Source: Planctomycetota bacterium (GTDB lineage: Bacteria > Planctomycetota > UBA1135 > UBA2386). Taken from it: a stretch of DNA of 64,000 nucleotides. Shown here in pieces: positions 19,828 through 29,882 of this stretch (position 1 is the stretch's first letter; every line of letters starts with the position of its first letter). Where the stretch lies: NCBI GenBank assembly GCA_965228735.1, contig OZ245838.1, positions 2,144,001-2,208,000 of the forward strand, in the 5' to 3' direction. The notes below the pieces were generated by a model. That model did no database searches and was not told where the DNA came from. It saw nothing but the letters and a program-made list of their open reading frames with translations. The position numbers and the translations under genes are program-made.

Positions 19828-20612
19828 TCGCCCGCGATCACGCCGCTCGTCGGCGACGACGCGCTCGCGTAGAGCCGCCGATCGATGCGACCGGCGAGGA
19901 ACGCGTCGCGACCGGCCTCGGCCGCCGCCTTCATCGCGCGCGCCATGCGGACCGGGTCCTTCGCGAGCGCGACGCCGGTGTTGAGCAGCACACCCGCCGC
20001 GCCGAGTTCGAACGCGACGGTCACGTCACTCGCGGTGCCGACGCCCGCGTCGACGATCACCGGCACGCTCGCGCGCTCGAGGATGATGCGGATGTTGTTG
20101 GGGTTGAGGATGCCCTGGCCGCTGCCGATCGGCGCGCCGGCCGGCATGACCGCGGTGACGCCCGTGTCCTCGAGGCGCTTCGCGAGCACGGGGTCGTCGC
20201 TCGTGTAGCAGAGCACCGTGAAGTCCTCGTTCACGAGCGTCTTCGCGGCCTCGAGCGTGCCGACGGGATCGGGCAGCAGCGTCTGCGGATCGCCGAGGAC
20301 CTCGAGCTTGACGAGGTCCCCCATGCCGAGTTCGCGACCGAGGCGCGCCGCGCGCACCGCGTGGTCCGCATCGAAGCAGCCCGCGGTGTTGGGCAGCAGC
20401 ACGTACTTCTCGCGCGGCAGGTAATCGAGCAGCGTCTTGCCCTCGGGCACGCCGATCTGCATCCGGCGCACCGCGACCGTCACGCATTGCGTGCCCGAGA
20501 CCTCGAGGGCCTGCACCATCGAGTCCATCGAGGGGTACTTGCCGGTGCCGAGGAACAGGCGGGATTCGAACGTGTGCTGGCCCAGGACCAGCGGCTTGTC
20601 GACGAGCGTCAC
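19824..20612 (-). CDS. thiG: Thiazole synthase
   Basis: [41 protein letters not shown] start assumed. Confidence 0.96.
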   Translation of the reverse strand: MTLVDKPLVLGQHTFESRLFLGTGKYPSMDSMVQALEVSGTQCVTVAVRRMQIGVPEGKTLLDYLPREKYVLLPNTAGCFDADHAVRAARLGRELGMGDLVKLEVLGDPQTLLPDPVGTLEAAKTLVNEDFTVLCYTSDDPVLAKRLEDTGVTAVMPAGAPIGSGQGILNPNNIRIILERASVPVIVDAGVGTASDVTVAFELGAAGVLLNTGVALAKDPVRMARAMKAAAEAGRDAFLAGRIDRRLYASASSPTSGVIAGE

Positions 20613-20688
20613 GGGAACGATCGTGCAAGAACGGGCGATGCCAGGCAAGGCTGCCCACGCGCCGCATCGTTGACGTATGGTCCGGGCC

Positions 20689-22419
20689 ATGCACTTGCCT
20701 CGCCCGATGCTCTCGACCGTCCTGGCCCTCGCCGGCCTCGGCGGCGCCCCGGCGTTCGCCCAGGAGGTCCTGCTCCCGGTCCAGGACCTGCTCTGCGATT
20801 CGACGATCCGACCGGGCTACCTCGACCACATCGGCGACGAGTACCACCGCCCGAGCCGGCTCTTCGCGGGCGAGACCCAGCTCGGCGGCCGGCCGTTGAA
20901 CTGGGACGACGAGCGCGTCGAACGCCGCGGCTCCGGCTATTTCACCGAGTCGCAACTGCAGGACATCCTCGGCGCGGTCGGGATCGCCGGCGGCGCGCGC
21001 ATCTGGAACGGCGCGCTCGTCGTGACCGAGGGCGACGCCGAGCAGGCCCGCGAACGGCTCGCCCAGCTGCGCCGCGCGCTGCCGCCGCTGCTCGCGGTGC
21101 ACGCCCGGCTGGTCGAAACGAAGAACGGCAAGGTTCGCGTGCGCTTCGAACGCCACGCCGAGCTCGTTCCCGGCCGCGTGAACGTACTCAGCGATCTGCG
21201 CGAGCGCACCGCCGTGCTGGACTTCGACGTCGAGATCGCGCAGGCGTCGATGATCTCCAACCCGATGCACCGCGAGGTCCGCTCCGGCACGATGCTCGCG
21301 ATCCGGCCGCAGCTCACGCCGAGTGCGGAGTGGGGCCTGCTCGAGGTGATCGCGCGCTGCGCCGACGACGATCCGAGCTCGAAGATCGAGACCGGGCACC
21401 ACAGCGTGGGTCCGATCGACCGCGTGCCGCTGCAGATCGCCGAGGCCGGGCGGGTCGTGCTCGCCCGCCCCGGCAAGACGACGGTGCACCGCTGGTCGTC
21501 ACAGCAAGGCGCGTTCGAGCTCGCGCTCACCGTGAGCTGGCAGCTGCGCCCGCCGGTCCGCGTCGGCGGCCAGGACTTCGGCGTCTTCTCCGTGCGCGGT
21601 GGACTGCCGGGCTTTCGCAGCGTGCGGGTCGACGCGCGGAACTTCGAATCGCTGTTCAACCCCGACGACGACGACGACCCGTGGTCTCTGATCGAGGACA
21701 TCGCCGGCGCCGAGGCGCAGTGGCTGTCGGAGCCCGATCTCGAGGAGGCGCCGTTCGCCGAACGCTACGTTGCGGTCGGGCGCGCGCACTGGGCGGCGGG
21801 CGCTGCGGTCATGCGCTGGTTCGAGTCCAAGACGGCCGGGCCGGTCGTGACGATTCGTTGTCTCGAGGTGCCCGCCGGCACCGCGGTCGATGCGGCGCTG
21901 GCAGAGGCGCCGCCGGCCGGCGTCCACGAGGTCGCGAGCGCGACCATGAGTCAGGTCGACGGCACGTGGAGCACGAGCGCGGTGCGCCGCGATCGCACGG
22001 TGCTCTACGACTGGGACTGCGAGGTCGCGAACGCGTCGCGCATTCCGGATCCGAAGTGTCGGCGCATGGACGACGGCGCGGTGTTCAACGTGCGCCGCTT
22101 CGGCGATCGCTTCGAGGTCGAGATCGACCTCTCGCGCGAGCTCGATGCGGGGTTGAAGGAGCTCACGCTCGGCGCCGCGGTCGCCGCGCCGCCCACCGTG
22201 CAGGTTTCCGCGCACAACAACAGCGTGCAGCAGTCGAGCTCGCCGGCCGTGCAGCTGCCGGCCGACCAGGTGATCGTCGAGCAGCCGCTGTTCGCGCAGC
22301 TGCCCGTGCGCTTCGGTCGCACCGTCGCGGCCGGGCAGCGCGCGACGTGGCGCGCGTCGGCGAACGAACTGCTCGGTGACGGGCGTGAGTTGCTCGTCGT
22401 GCTGGAGCGCGAGAAGTAG
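20689..22419 (+). CDS. Secreted protein with two secretin-like repeats (paralogue 1)
   Basis: Signal peptide (PAFAQ); [11 protein letters not shown] and [12 protein letters not shown] motifs. Confidence 0.65.
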   Translation: MHLPRPMLSTVLALAGLGGAPAFAQEVLLPVQDLLCDSTIRPGYLDHIGDEYHRPSRLFAGETQLGGRPLNWDDERVERRGSGYFTESQLQDILGAVGIAGGARIWNGALVVTEGDAEQARERLAQLRRALPPLLAVHARLVETKNGKVRVRFERHAELVPGRVNVLSDLRERTAVLDFDVEIAQASMISNPMHREVRSGTMLAIRPQLTPSAEWGLLEVIARCADDDPSSKIETGHHSVGPIDRVPLQIAEAGRVVLARPGKTTVHRWSSQQGAFELALTVSWQLRPPVRVGGQDFGVFSVRGGLPGFRSVRVDARNFESLFNPDDDDDPWSLIEDIAGAEAQWLSEPDLEEAPFAERYVAVGRAHWAAGAAVMRWFESKTAGPVVTIRCLEVPAGTAVDAALAEAPPAGVHEVASATMSQVDGTWSTSAVRRDRTVLYDWDCEVANASRIPDPKCRRMDDGAVFNVRRFGDRFEVEIDLSRELDAGLKELTLGAAVAAPPTVQVSAHNNSVQQSSSPAVQLPADQVIVEQPLFAQLPVRFGRTVAAGQRATWRASANELLGDGRELLVVLEREK

Positions 22420-22547
22420 CGATCGGCACGGGCTTTGCGGCTGCGGAGGGTGGCCGCTGGTGCGTTCCAACCGCCGGTCGTCGTGACCACGACGGCGGTT
22501 CGGACCTGACGCCGACCGAGCTGTCCGTTCCAAGACCCCACAAGCCC

Positions 22548-24248
22548 ATGACCCGACTCAGGTTCGCCCCGTTCTTCGTTGCCGCTCTGAGCCTTCCCAT
22601 CGCGTTCGTGAACGCACAGAAGGTGCTGCCCGTGCACGACCTGCTCTACGAGGAGGTGGCTCGCGATCGATACATCGAGCAGGTGCGGCCCGGGGAATGG
22701 CGCTCCTGGCCGCCGCGGTGCTTCGTCGGCGAGAACCGGCTCGGCGGGATGCGGATGGAGAACGAGTCGTGCTTCCCCGACCGTCACGCCCGCGGCCACT
22801 TCACGAGGGAGCAGCTCGGCGAGCTGCTCGAGCGCCTCGGCTTCGACGCCGACGTGCGTTTCCTCGGCAACAGCCTCATCGTTCCCCAGGGCGCTGCCGA
22901 GTCCTGTCAGACGCTGCTGAACGAACTCCGTGCCGCTCTGCCACCCGTCGTCACCGCGGAGGTGCGCCTCACGCAAGTGATCGACGGCAAGCCTGACGTT
23001 CGACTGCAGCGGACCGTCCGCCTGGACCCCGGCCGACTGCACGTGATCGGCAGCTCGTCGAAACGCGATGCCGTCGTCGAGTACGACGTCGAAATCGCGC
23101 AGGGAGCGGCGGCCGCCAACCCGAGGGTGATCGAGGTGCGGAGCGGCGCGATGCTCGCGATCCGACCGCAGCTCGCGCCGTCCGGCGAGTGGGGTGTGTT
23201 CGAGATCGTCGCGCGCTGCGCGGACGATCCCGGCCTGCCGGCGATCGCCACGGGCCACGCCGGCACCGGCGACATCGATCGCGCCGGCGTGCAGATCGGC
23301 GAGGTCGGTCGCATCGTCCGGATCCGGCCGGGCGCGACCTCGGTGCAGCGCTGGTCCGGCCCGGGCGGCGAGTTCGAACTGCAGATGACGTGCCAATGGC
23401 AGCTGCCCAAGCCCGTTCGACCCGGCGGTCGCGACCTTGCGATCTTCTCGATGCGGGGCGAGCTGCCGGGGTTTCGCAGCGCGGCAACGAGGCTCGATAC
23501 GGACAACGGCTGGCGCGAGGACGAGAACGTCTGGGGCGACATGAGTGAGCTCGCCGCGAGCGACGCGACGTGGATCGCCGAGCCGGACAGCGACACGGAT
23601 GCGCAGCGCTTCATCGCGAGCGGCACGGCGAGCGTCGCGGCCGGCGCGGCGATCGCGGGCTGGTTCGAGTCGCTGACGGCCGGTCCGGTGCTCGACGTGC
23701 AGTGCTTCGACGTCGCTACCACCCCCGGCGCGGGCTCCGACGATCAGGGCATTCCGGCCGACGCCAAGCCGCTCGGCCGCGCGCAGTATTCGCAGGTCAA
23801 CGGCACGTGGAGCGCGATGACCGTGCGCCGAGTCCAGAGCTACCTGCACGATTGGGACGTCGAGATCGCGCAGTCCGCGCGCATTCCCGATCCCAAGATC
23901 CGCCGACTGTCGACCGGGCTCGTGCTCAACATGCGGCGCCTCGGCAACCAGCTCGAGCTCGACGGCGAGATCAGCCGCCTCGTCGACCTGCACGAAACGA
24001 CGCGACAGCTCAACCAGCCCGTGTTCTCACCCGGCGCTTCGACGAGCATCAACAGCGGCACGAACGACCGCCCCGCCATCGGCCTGCTCGCCGACACCGT
24101 CCGCATCGAACGCCCCGAGGTCCGCACCGCGCCGATGCAGGCCAGCCTCGAGCTCGTTCCCGGCGGCACCGTGACCTGGCGCACTGCCGCCCCCGAACTC
24201 CTCGGCCCGGGCCGCGACCTGCTCGTCGTGATCATGACGCCGCAGTGA
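22548..24248 (+). CDS. Secreted protein with two secretin-like repeats (paralogue 2)
   Basis: Collinear with the previous gene; EYDVEIAQ..ANP and DWDVEIAQ..IPDP motifs. Confidence 0.65.
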   Translation: MTRLRFAPFFVAALSLPIAFVNAQKVLPVHDLLYEEVARDRYIEQVRPGEWRSWPPRCFVGENRLGGMRMENESCFPDRHARGHFTREQLGELLERLGFDADVRFLGNSLIVPQGAAESCQTLLNELRAALPPVVTAEVRLTQVIDGKPDVRLQRTVRLDPGRLHVIGSSSKRDAVVEYDVEIAQGAAAANPRVIEVRSGAMLAIRPQLAPSGEWGVFEIVARCADDPGLPAIATGHAGTGDIDRAGVQIGEVGRIVRIRPGATSVQRWSGPGGEFELQMTCQWQLPKPVRPGGRDLAIFSMRGELPGFRSAATRLDTDNGWREDENVWGDMSELAASDATWIAEPDSDTDAQRFIASGTASVAAGAAIAGWFESLTAGPVLDVQCFDVATTPGAGSDDQGIPADAKPLGRAQYSQVNGTWSAMTVRRVQSYLHDWDVEIAQSARIPDPKIRRLSTGLVLNMRRLGNQLELDGEISRLVDLHETTRQLNQPVFSPGASTSINSGTNDRPAIGLLADTVRIERPEVRTAPMQASLELVPGGTVTWRTAAPELLGPGRDLLVVIMTPQ

Positions 24249-24251
24249 CCC

Positions 24252-24330
24252 CGTACGGTACCTGGTTCGAACTGCCGACTTCCCGCGCCTGCGGCGCGGG
24301 AAGTCGGCAGTTCGAACCAGGTACCGTACG
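24252..24330. repeat. Perfect palindrome with 38-bp arms and a TGC loop (REP-like)
   Basis: cgtacggtacctggttcgaactgccgacttcccgcgcc-tgc-exact reverse complement. Confidence 0.9.
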
Positions 24331-24345
24331 CCGTAGGCTTCCGCG

Positions 24346-25638
24346 ATGCGGATCCTGCTTCTGAGTCACGGCCTGCCGCCCGACAGTGTGGGCGGCGTGC
24401 AGCAGCACGTCGTCGGGTTGGCCGATGCCCTCGTGCAGGCCGGACACGACGTGCACGTGCTCGCGCGCAGCAACCTGCCGGGGACAGCACAGGGTGAACG
24501 CGTCGCGGCGACCGCCGACGAGATCGCGGCGAGCGGTGCCCGCGGTGCCCATGTCACGTGGTGTGCGTATCGCTGGGAGAACTGTGACTCGATCGCGGCG
24601 ATGTACGAGTGCGAGCCGATGGCCGCGGCCGTGCGCGCGTTCGTCGAAGAACGGGCGGCGGCCGGCGAGACGTTCGACGTCGCGCACGTGCACCACCTCA
24701 CGGGCCTGTCGACCGACAGCGTCCGCGCGATCCGTGACGCGGGCGTGCCCGTGGTGCTCACGCTGCACGACTACTGGCTGTTCTGCCCGCGTGGCCAGAT
24801 GTTCCACGTCGACTCCGAGCGCTGCGACCGCGCCGAGGTCGAGCGCTGCGCGGACTGCCTGCAGCGCACGTTCTCGGGTTGGTTCAACGAGACCAACCGC
24901 ACGCAGAACGTCGAGAACCTGCACGCCCGCGCCCGCGCCGTGATGCTCACGGCCGACCGCCTCGTCGTGCCGTCGCCGCGCGCGATCGCGCCGTTCGCCG
25001 ACCTCGGCATCCCGGGCGAACAATTCGAGATCGTCGAGAACGGCGTCGACACGGGCAACCTGCACGCGCTGCCGCCGCCGGTGCCGCACGACGGGCCGCT
25101 GCGCCTCGGCTACCTCGGCACGCTGATGGCGAGCAAGGGCCTGCACGTGGTGCTCGACGCGCTGCAGCGGCTGCCGCAGGGCACGGCGACGCTCACGATC
25201 CACGGCAACGCGGTCCCCTACCACGGCGACGAGACCTATCTCAATCGCTGCTTCCAGCGCCTGCAGCCCGGCAGCGGCGTCTCCTACCACGGCCCCTACG
25301 GCCTCGACGCCTTGCCGCGGCTCTTCGCCGAGATCGACGTGCTCGTCGCACCCGCACTGTGGCACGAGGCGTTCGGCCTCACGGTCCGCGAAGCGCTCGC
25401 GGCGGGCCGCCCGGTGCTGGTGAGCGAGATCGGCGGCCTGCAGGACGCGGTCGACGACGGCGAGCAGGGCTACGTGCTGCCGCCGGGCGACGTGCCGGCC
25501 TGGGCCACCGCGATCGAACGCCTGGCGAACGACCGCGACCTCGTGGCGACGCTCGCGTCCGGCGCGCGCGAACGGGCGCGTTCGTTCGCCGAGATGGCCG
25601 CCGAGCTGGTCGCGATCTACGGCGAAGTCCGAGGCTGA
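24346..25638 (+). CDS. Glycosyltransferase family 4
   Basis: GGVQQHV, VLTLHDYW, ENGVD, KG, EAFGLTVREA. Confidence 0.92.
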   Translation: MRILLLSHGLPPDSVGGVQQHVVGLADALVQAGHDVHVLARSNLPGTAQGERVAATADEIAASGARGAHVTWCAYRWENCDSIAAMYECEPMAAAVRAFVEERAAAGETFDVAHVHHLTGLSTDSVRAIRDAGVPVVLTLHDYWLFCPRGQMFHVDSERCDRAEVERCADCLQRTFSGWFNETNRTQNVENLHARARAVMLTADRLVVPSPRAIAPFADLGIPGEQFEIVENGVDTGNLHALPPPVPHDGPLRLGYLGTLMASKGLHVVLDALQRLPQGTATLTIHGNAVPYHGDETYLNRCFQRLQPGSGVSYHGPYGLDALPRLFAEIDVLVAPALWHEAFGLTVREALAAGRPVLVSEIGGLQDAVDDGEQGYVLPPGDVPAWATAIERLANDRDLVATLASGARERARSFAEMAAELVAIYGEVRG

Positions 25639-25785
25639 CGAGCCACGTTTAAGTACGGTGGAGCGAACTTGATTCGGAACCCCTGAATTCCTAGTCTCTT
25701 CGCCCCAAATCACCGACCATCCCGGTCGGCACGAGCGGCGGCGGCGAGATGCCGCAGCCGTCGGGACCATTGCGTCAGGAAATCG

Positions 25786-27102
25786 ATGACGGACACCGTA
25801 CCCGAAGAATCCCCCAGCTCGATCGACCCCACGGCACTGCTCAGCGGCGAGATGACTCCGCCGCGTCTCGAGGAGTTCAAGACCGCGGTCTTCCAGAACG
25901 TGAACACGGTCGAGAGCCTGCGTGACTGGCTCGGCAGCCCGATGGCGCGCGGCACGAGCCGCGGCTTCGCCGTGTGGGCGCTCGGCCGTCACAACGAGGC
26001 GGTCGAACTGCTGGCGGGCGAGAAGAGCAATTCTGCCGCGGCGCTGTGCCTGGCGACGAGCCACGCCGCGCTCGGCGATCTCGATGCAGTCGAGGCCGTC
26101 CTGCCCAACCGCAAGACCGACGCCGCGCAGGCGCTGGCGTGGCTGCGCGCGCTCGACCAGGCCGCGGACGGCGAACGCCTCGCGAGCGAACTCGAGGCGC
26201 TGAAGGCGCACCTCGGTGAGCCGGATCAGAAGTACTTCACGGGCCGCGTGCACGAGCTCAACCACGAGAACGAGGCCGCGATCGCGTGCTACGACGACGT
26301 GCTCGCGCTCGACGAGAGCCACAAGCACGCGCTGTTCCGCCTCGCGGTCAACGTCGATCTGCGCGGCGAGGACGAGGAGGCGCGCGAGCTCTACGAGCGC
26401 GCGCTCATGGCGCCGCCCGTCAACGTCGCGTGCGTGATGAACCTCGGCATCCTCTACGAGGACATCGGCAACTACCGCCGCGCGATGCAGTGCTTCGACC
26501 TCGCGTTGCAGGCCGACCCCGAGAACGCGCGCGCGCGCCTCTACCGTCGTGACGCAGCCGCCGCGCTCAACATGTACTACGACGAGGACCAGGAGCGCCG
26601 CGACGACAAGCGCAACAAGCTCCTGCGGACCCCGATCAACGACTTCGAGCTGTCGGTGCGGTCGCGCAACTGCCTCGCGAAGATGAGCATCCGCACGCTC
26701 GGTGACCTCGTGAAGAAGACCGAGGCCGAGCTGCTGAGCTACAAGAACTTCGGCGAGACGTCGCTCAACGAGATCAAGGAGATCCTCAAGAACAAGGGCC
26801 TCCGCCTCGGCATGACGGCCGACGAACTCATGAACCGCGATCTCGGTGTCGAGGACGCGCCGGCCGTTGCGCCGGAAGAGGCCCCGGACCCGAACAGCCC
26901 CGACCCGACGCGCCGCCCGATCACGGAGCTCGACCTGTCGGTTCGCAGCCGCCGCATCGTCGATCTGCTCAAGATCCGCACGATCGGCGACCTGTCGAAC
27001 AAGACGGAGGCCGAACTCCTCGCGTGCCCGAACTTCGGCCAGACCTCGCTGAACGAGATCAAGACGAAGCTCGACGAGTTCGGCCTCAGCCTCCGCGGCT
27101 GA
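25786..27102 (+). CDS. TPR protein with two RNA polymerase alpha C-terminal domains
   Basis: TPR helices followed by FELSVRSRNCL..KNFGETSLNEIK and LDLSVRSRRIV..PNFGQTSLNEIK; no alpha-NTD. Confidence 0.88.
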   Translation: MTDTVPEESPSSIDPTALLSGEMTPPRLEEFKTAVFQNVNTVESLRDWLGSPMARGTSRGFAVWALGRHNEAVELLAGEKSNSAAALCLATSHAALGDLDAVEAVLPNRKTDAAQALAWLRALDQAADGERLASELEALKAHLGEPDQKYFTGRVHELNHENEAAIACYDDVLALDESHKHALFRLAVNVDLRGEDEEARELYERALMAPPVNVACVMNLGILYEDIGNYRRAMQCFDLALQADPENARARLYRRDAAAALNMYYDEDQERRDDKRNKLLRTPINDFELSVRSRNCLAKMSIRTLGDLVKKTEAELLSYKNFGETSLNEIKEILKNKGLRLGMTADELMNRDLGVEDAPAVAPEEAPDPNSPDPTRRPITELDLSVRSRRIVDLLKIRTIGDLSNKTEAELLACPNFGQTSLNEIKTKLDEFGLSLRG

Positions 27103-27141
27103 GTTCCAACTCTGCGGGCCGAAGGTGGCGGTACCGAACCC

Positions 27142-29133
27142 TTGCGCCAGGCGAAGCCTGGACGGGAGAAATCATGACCTGACAGGAATGAGAACCCCGT
27201 ATTGGAGTCCCGCGGGTGACGAAACCCGCCCGGCGAAGGCTAGCCACCAGCCGGAAGCGAGTCTTGCGTGGCGACCGGGTAACCGCCGCTGCGAAGCGTA
27301 GACAGCGAGGATGTGGGCGGCGCGACTGAGCCCCGAAAGTACCGACAGCGAGAGAGCCGACGTGGTGGGTTCATCGGAAGGCAACATGGAAGGGCCGCAA
27401 CCGGCTTGGCCCGGAAGTCTCTCCGGGGTCCTGAGAACGACCGCACGCATCCATCGGACTCCCCAGGAACCTGGGATCCCCTCGATTGGTCCGATCGTCA
27501 ACTCCGGCTGGGGCCCGGAAACCAACTCTCCAGGGCCGCGACGTCGTGTCCGCGTCGGTGCCGTCAAGGAATCCGGACACACGGCCGGTACCGCCGAGCG
27601 AAGGAAACGAAGCGACGCGGGACGCCAACGAGGGAGTCGGAGTGCGTCATAGTACCAAAGAGTCCGGGGAACCCGCCCCACGGGGACCCGGCGGAGGGAA
27701 GGGCGTCACCGGCGACAAGGAACCGCTGGACGGACCGACCACGGAGACGACGGGCTCCGAGCAGGTCTCCACGAAACTCCGGCGGGTAGCGGAGCTGGCG
27801 AGGCAGCGACCAGACCTGGTCCTGACCACACTGGCACACCACATGGACATCGCGCTTCTGCGGGAGGCGTATCGCCGCACGCAGAAGTCCAAAGCTCCTG
27901 GTGTCGACGGCGTCACGGCTCGCGACTACGAGCAGGATCTCGAGGGCAACCTCGCGGACCTGCACGAACGCGCGAAGTCAGGGCGCTATCGCGCACCACC
28001 GGTCCGGCGCGTGCACATCCCGAAAGGGAAGGGTGGCACGCGTCCAATCGGAGTGCCGACGCTGGAGGACAAGGTCTTGCAGCGGGCGGTGACGCAAGTG
28101 ATGGAGGCGGTATATGAGCAGGACTTCTTGGACTGCTCGCACGGCTTCCGTCCCGGTCGCTCGCCGCACACGGCACTGGAATCGCTTTGGAAGCATGCGA
28201 TGTCGATGGGTGGCGGCTGGCTGTTGGAAGTCGACATCCAAGGTTTCTTCGACAACCTGGAGCCGACCCATCTGCGAGCGATCCTCGACCAGCGGGTGCG
28301 CGACGGAGTGTTCCGTCGACTGATCGACAAGTGGCTGAAGGCGGGGGTGCAGGAGGACGGTGCGCTGCATCGCTCTCGCAAAGGCACCCCACAAGGAGGC
28401 GTGATTTCGCCGCTGCTGGCGAACATCTATTTGCACGCAGTGCTGGACCGTTGGTTTGTCGAGGAAGTCAAGCCGAGGCTTGCCGGTCGCGCGGAGTTGG
28501 TCCGCTATGCGGACGACTTCGTGATCCTGTTTGCCGTCGAAGCCGATGCACGTGCGATGTCGTCGATCCTGGCCCAAAGGCTCGGGCGCTTCGGCCTCAC
28601 ACTGCATCCGGACAAGACCCGGTTAGTCCGCTTCCAACCGCCCGAAGACGGCGCGGCGGGGAGCGGCACTTTCGACTTCCTGGGCTTCACCCATCACTGG
28701 TCACGCTCCCGGCGCGGCCGATGGACCGTGCAGCGGCGCACCACACGACACGTCGTGACCCGTACCCTGACTGGGCTACGGGATTGGTGCCGTCGCAATC
28801 GGCACGACAAGGTCCGCGTCCAGTACTCCACCCTGTGCTCGAAGCTACGGGGGCACTACCTCTACTTCGGCGTGACCGGCAACTCTGCTGCGTTACGTCG
28901 CGTATGGTACGAGGCCCGTCGCATCTGGCATCGGTGGCTGAGCCGGCGCTCGCGGGCGGCCTACATGTCGTGGGCCCGCTTCGAGCAACTGCTGCGTGCA
29001 TACCCGCTTCCTCCGCCCCGGCTGACCCGGTCGGTCTACGCAGCGAGCCCTTGTCGCTGACGAGCCGGATGCGTTAGCCGCGCACGTCCGGATCTGTGGG
29101 AGCCCTGGGGGGAGACCCCCAGGGCCACCCGGC
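27142..29133 (+). mobile_element. Group II intron (IIB-like, EBS1+EBS2), full length
   Basis: 5' TTGCG; EBS2 gtaccg 27339-27344; EBS1 gggttc 27367-27372; domain V gagccggatgcg..cacgtccggatc near 29063-29094; domain VI ending acccggc at 29133. Removing the intron reconstitutes a REP arm. Confidence 0.93.
27726..29060 (+). CDS. ltrA: Group II intron reverse transcriptase/maturase without endonuclease domain (start uncertain; frame open from 27486)
   Basis: APGVDG, RRVHIPK, RPIGVPTLED, GFRPGRS, GTPQGGVISPLLANIYL, RYADDF, FDFLGF, X domain LRGHYLYFG. Confidence 0.93.
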   Translation: MDGPTTETTGSEQVSTKLRRVAELARQRPDLVLTTLAHHMDIALLREAYRRTQKSKAPGVDGVTARDYEQDLEGNLADLHERAKSGRYRAPPVRRVHIPKGKGGTRPIGVPTLEDKVLQRAVTQVMEAVYEQDFLDCSHGFRPGRSPHTALESLWKHAMSMGGGWLLEVDIQGFFDNLEPTHLRAILDQRVRDGVFRRLIDKWLKAGVQEDGALHRSRKGTPQGGVISPLLANIYLHAVLDRWFVEEVKPRLAGRAELVRYADDFVILFAVEADARAMSSILAQRLGRFGLTLHPDKTRLVRFQPPEDGAAGSGTFDFLGFTHHWSRSRRGRWTVQRRTTRHVVTRTLTGLRDWCRRNRHDKVRVQYSTLCSKLRGHYLYFGVTGNSAALRRVWYEARRIWHRWLSRRSRAAYMSWARFEQLLRAYPLPPPRLTRSVYAASPCR

Positions 29134-29233
29134 GTTTCAACTCCGCCACCGCTGCGCCGGCGGGGGCGCGCTTCTGAACCGGGCTTGCGCGGGCTCGCGG
29201 ATGGCGGATTCGAAACGGGTTCGGTACCGCCAC
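29134..29233. repeat. Remainder of REPIN-like element B (left arm begins at 27125 and is split by the intron)
   Basis: 27125-27141 joined to 29134-29148 equals the reverse complement of 29202-29233 with 2 mismatches; 51-nt spacer as in element A. Confidence 0.88.
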
Positions 29234-29252
29234 ACGGGCTAGACTGCGGGTG

Positions 29253-29843
29253 ATGTACGACCATCTGCACGGCGAGATCGTCGAGAAGCACGCCTCGACC
29301 GCCGTCGTGCGGTGCGCGGGGGTCGGCTACCTCGTCCGCGTCTCGCTGTCGACGTCGGCCGAGCTGCGGATCGGCGAGACGCAGCAGGTCTACACGATCC
29401 TGCACGTCGTCGACGGGACGCCGTCGTTGCTCGGGTTCTCGACGACCGCCGAACGCGAGCTCGCGCGCCGCATCCTCGGCGTCAGCGGGGTCGGGCCGTC
29501 GATCGCCCTCGCGCTGCTGAGCGTCTACGCGCCGCGGGAACTCGCGGGCACGATCGCGCAGAACGACGCGGCGGCGCTGAAGCGCGTGAAGGGCGTCGGC
29601 CAGAAGACCGCGGAGCGCCTCTGCCTCGAGCTGCGCGAGGTCATGGACAAGCTCGACCTCGGCGTCGCGGCAACGGAGCCGACGACGGTGCTGCCGAGCC
29701 AGAGCGCAGAGGACGCCGTCGCGGCGCTCGTCACGCTCGGCTACGCGGAGAAGGACGCGCGCAACAAGGTGCAGAGGGTGCGCGGCAAGAGCGTGGACGA
29801 GGTCGACACGGAGACCCTCGTGAAGACCGTCCTGCAGATGTAA
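29253..29843 (+). CDS. ruvA: Holliday junction branch migration protein RuvA
   Basis: GVGY, LLGF, VSGVGPSIAL, VKGVGQKTAERLCLEL, ALVTLGY. Confidence 0.95.
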   Translation: MYDHLHGEIVEKHASTAVVRCAGVGYLVRVSLSTSAELRIGETQQVYTILHVVDGTPSLLGFSTTAERELARRILGVSGVGPSIALALLSVYAPRELAGTIAQNDAAALKRVKGVGQKTAERLCLELREVMDKLDLGVAATEPTTVLPSQSAEDAVAALVTLGYAEKDARNKVQRVRGKSVDEVDTETLVKTVLQM

Positions 29844-29882
29844 CGAGCCACCCTGCCCGCGCCGCCGCGTTACGATCGCGGC

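Noticed and set aside
20613..20688. TPP riboswitch upstream of thiG
   Set aside because: The intergenic space is too short and no TPP aptamer consensus (CUGAGA) is visible.
25786..27102. rpoA call
   Set aside because: No alpha N-terminal assembly domain, and not in the rpsK-rpoA-rplQ context.
27486..29060. RT as a retron, DGR or defence RT
   Set aside because: Flanked by clear group II intron domains V/VI and EBS/IBS pairing; has a maturase X domain.
27125..29233. Intron target as an integron attC site
   Set aside because: The arms lack the RYYYAAC/GTTRRRY box arrangement, and there is no integrase or cassette array.
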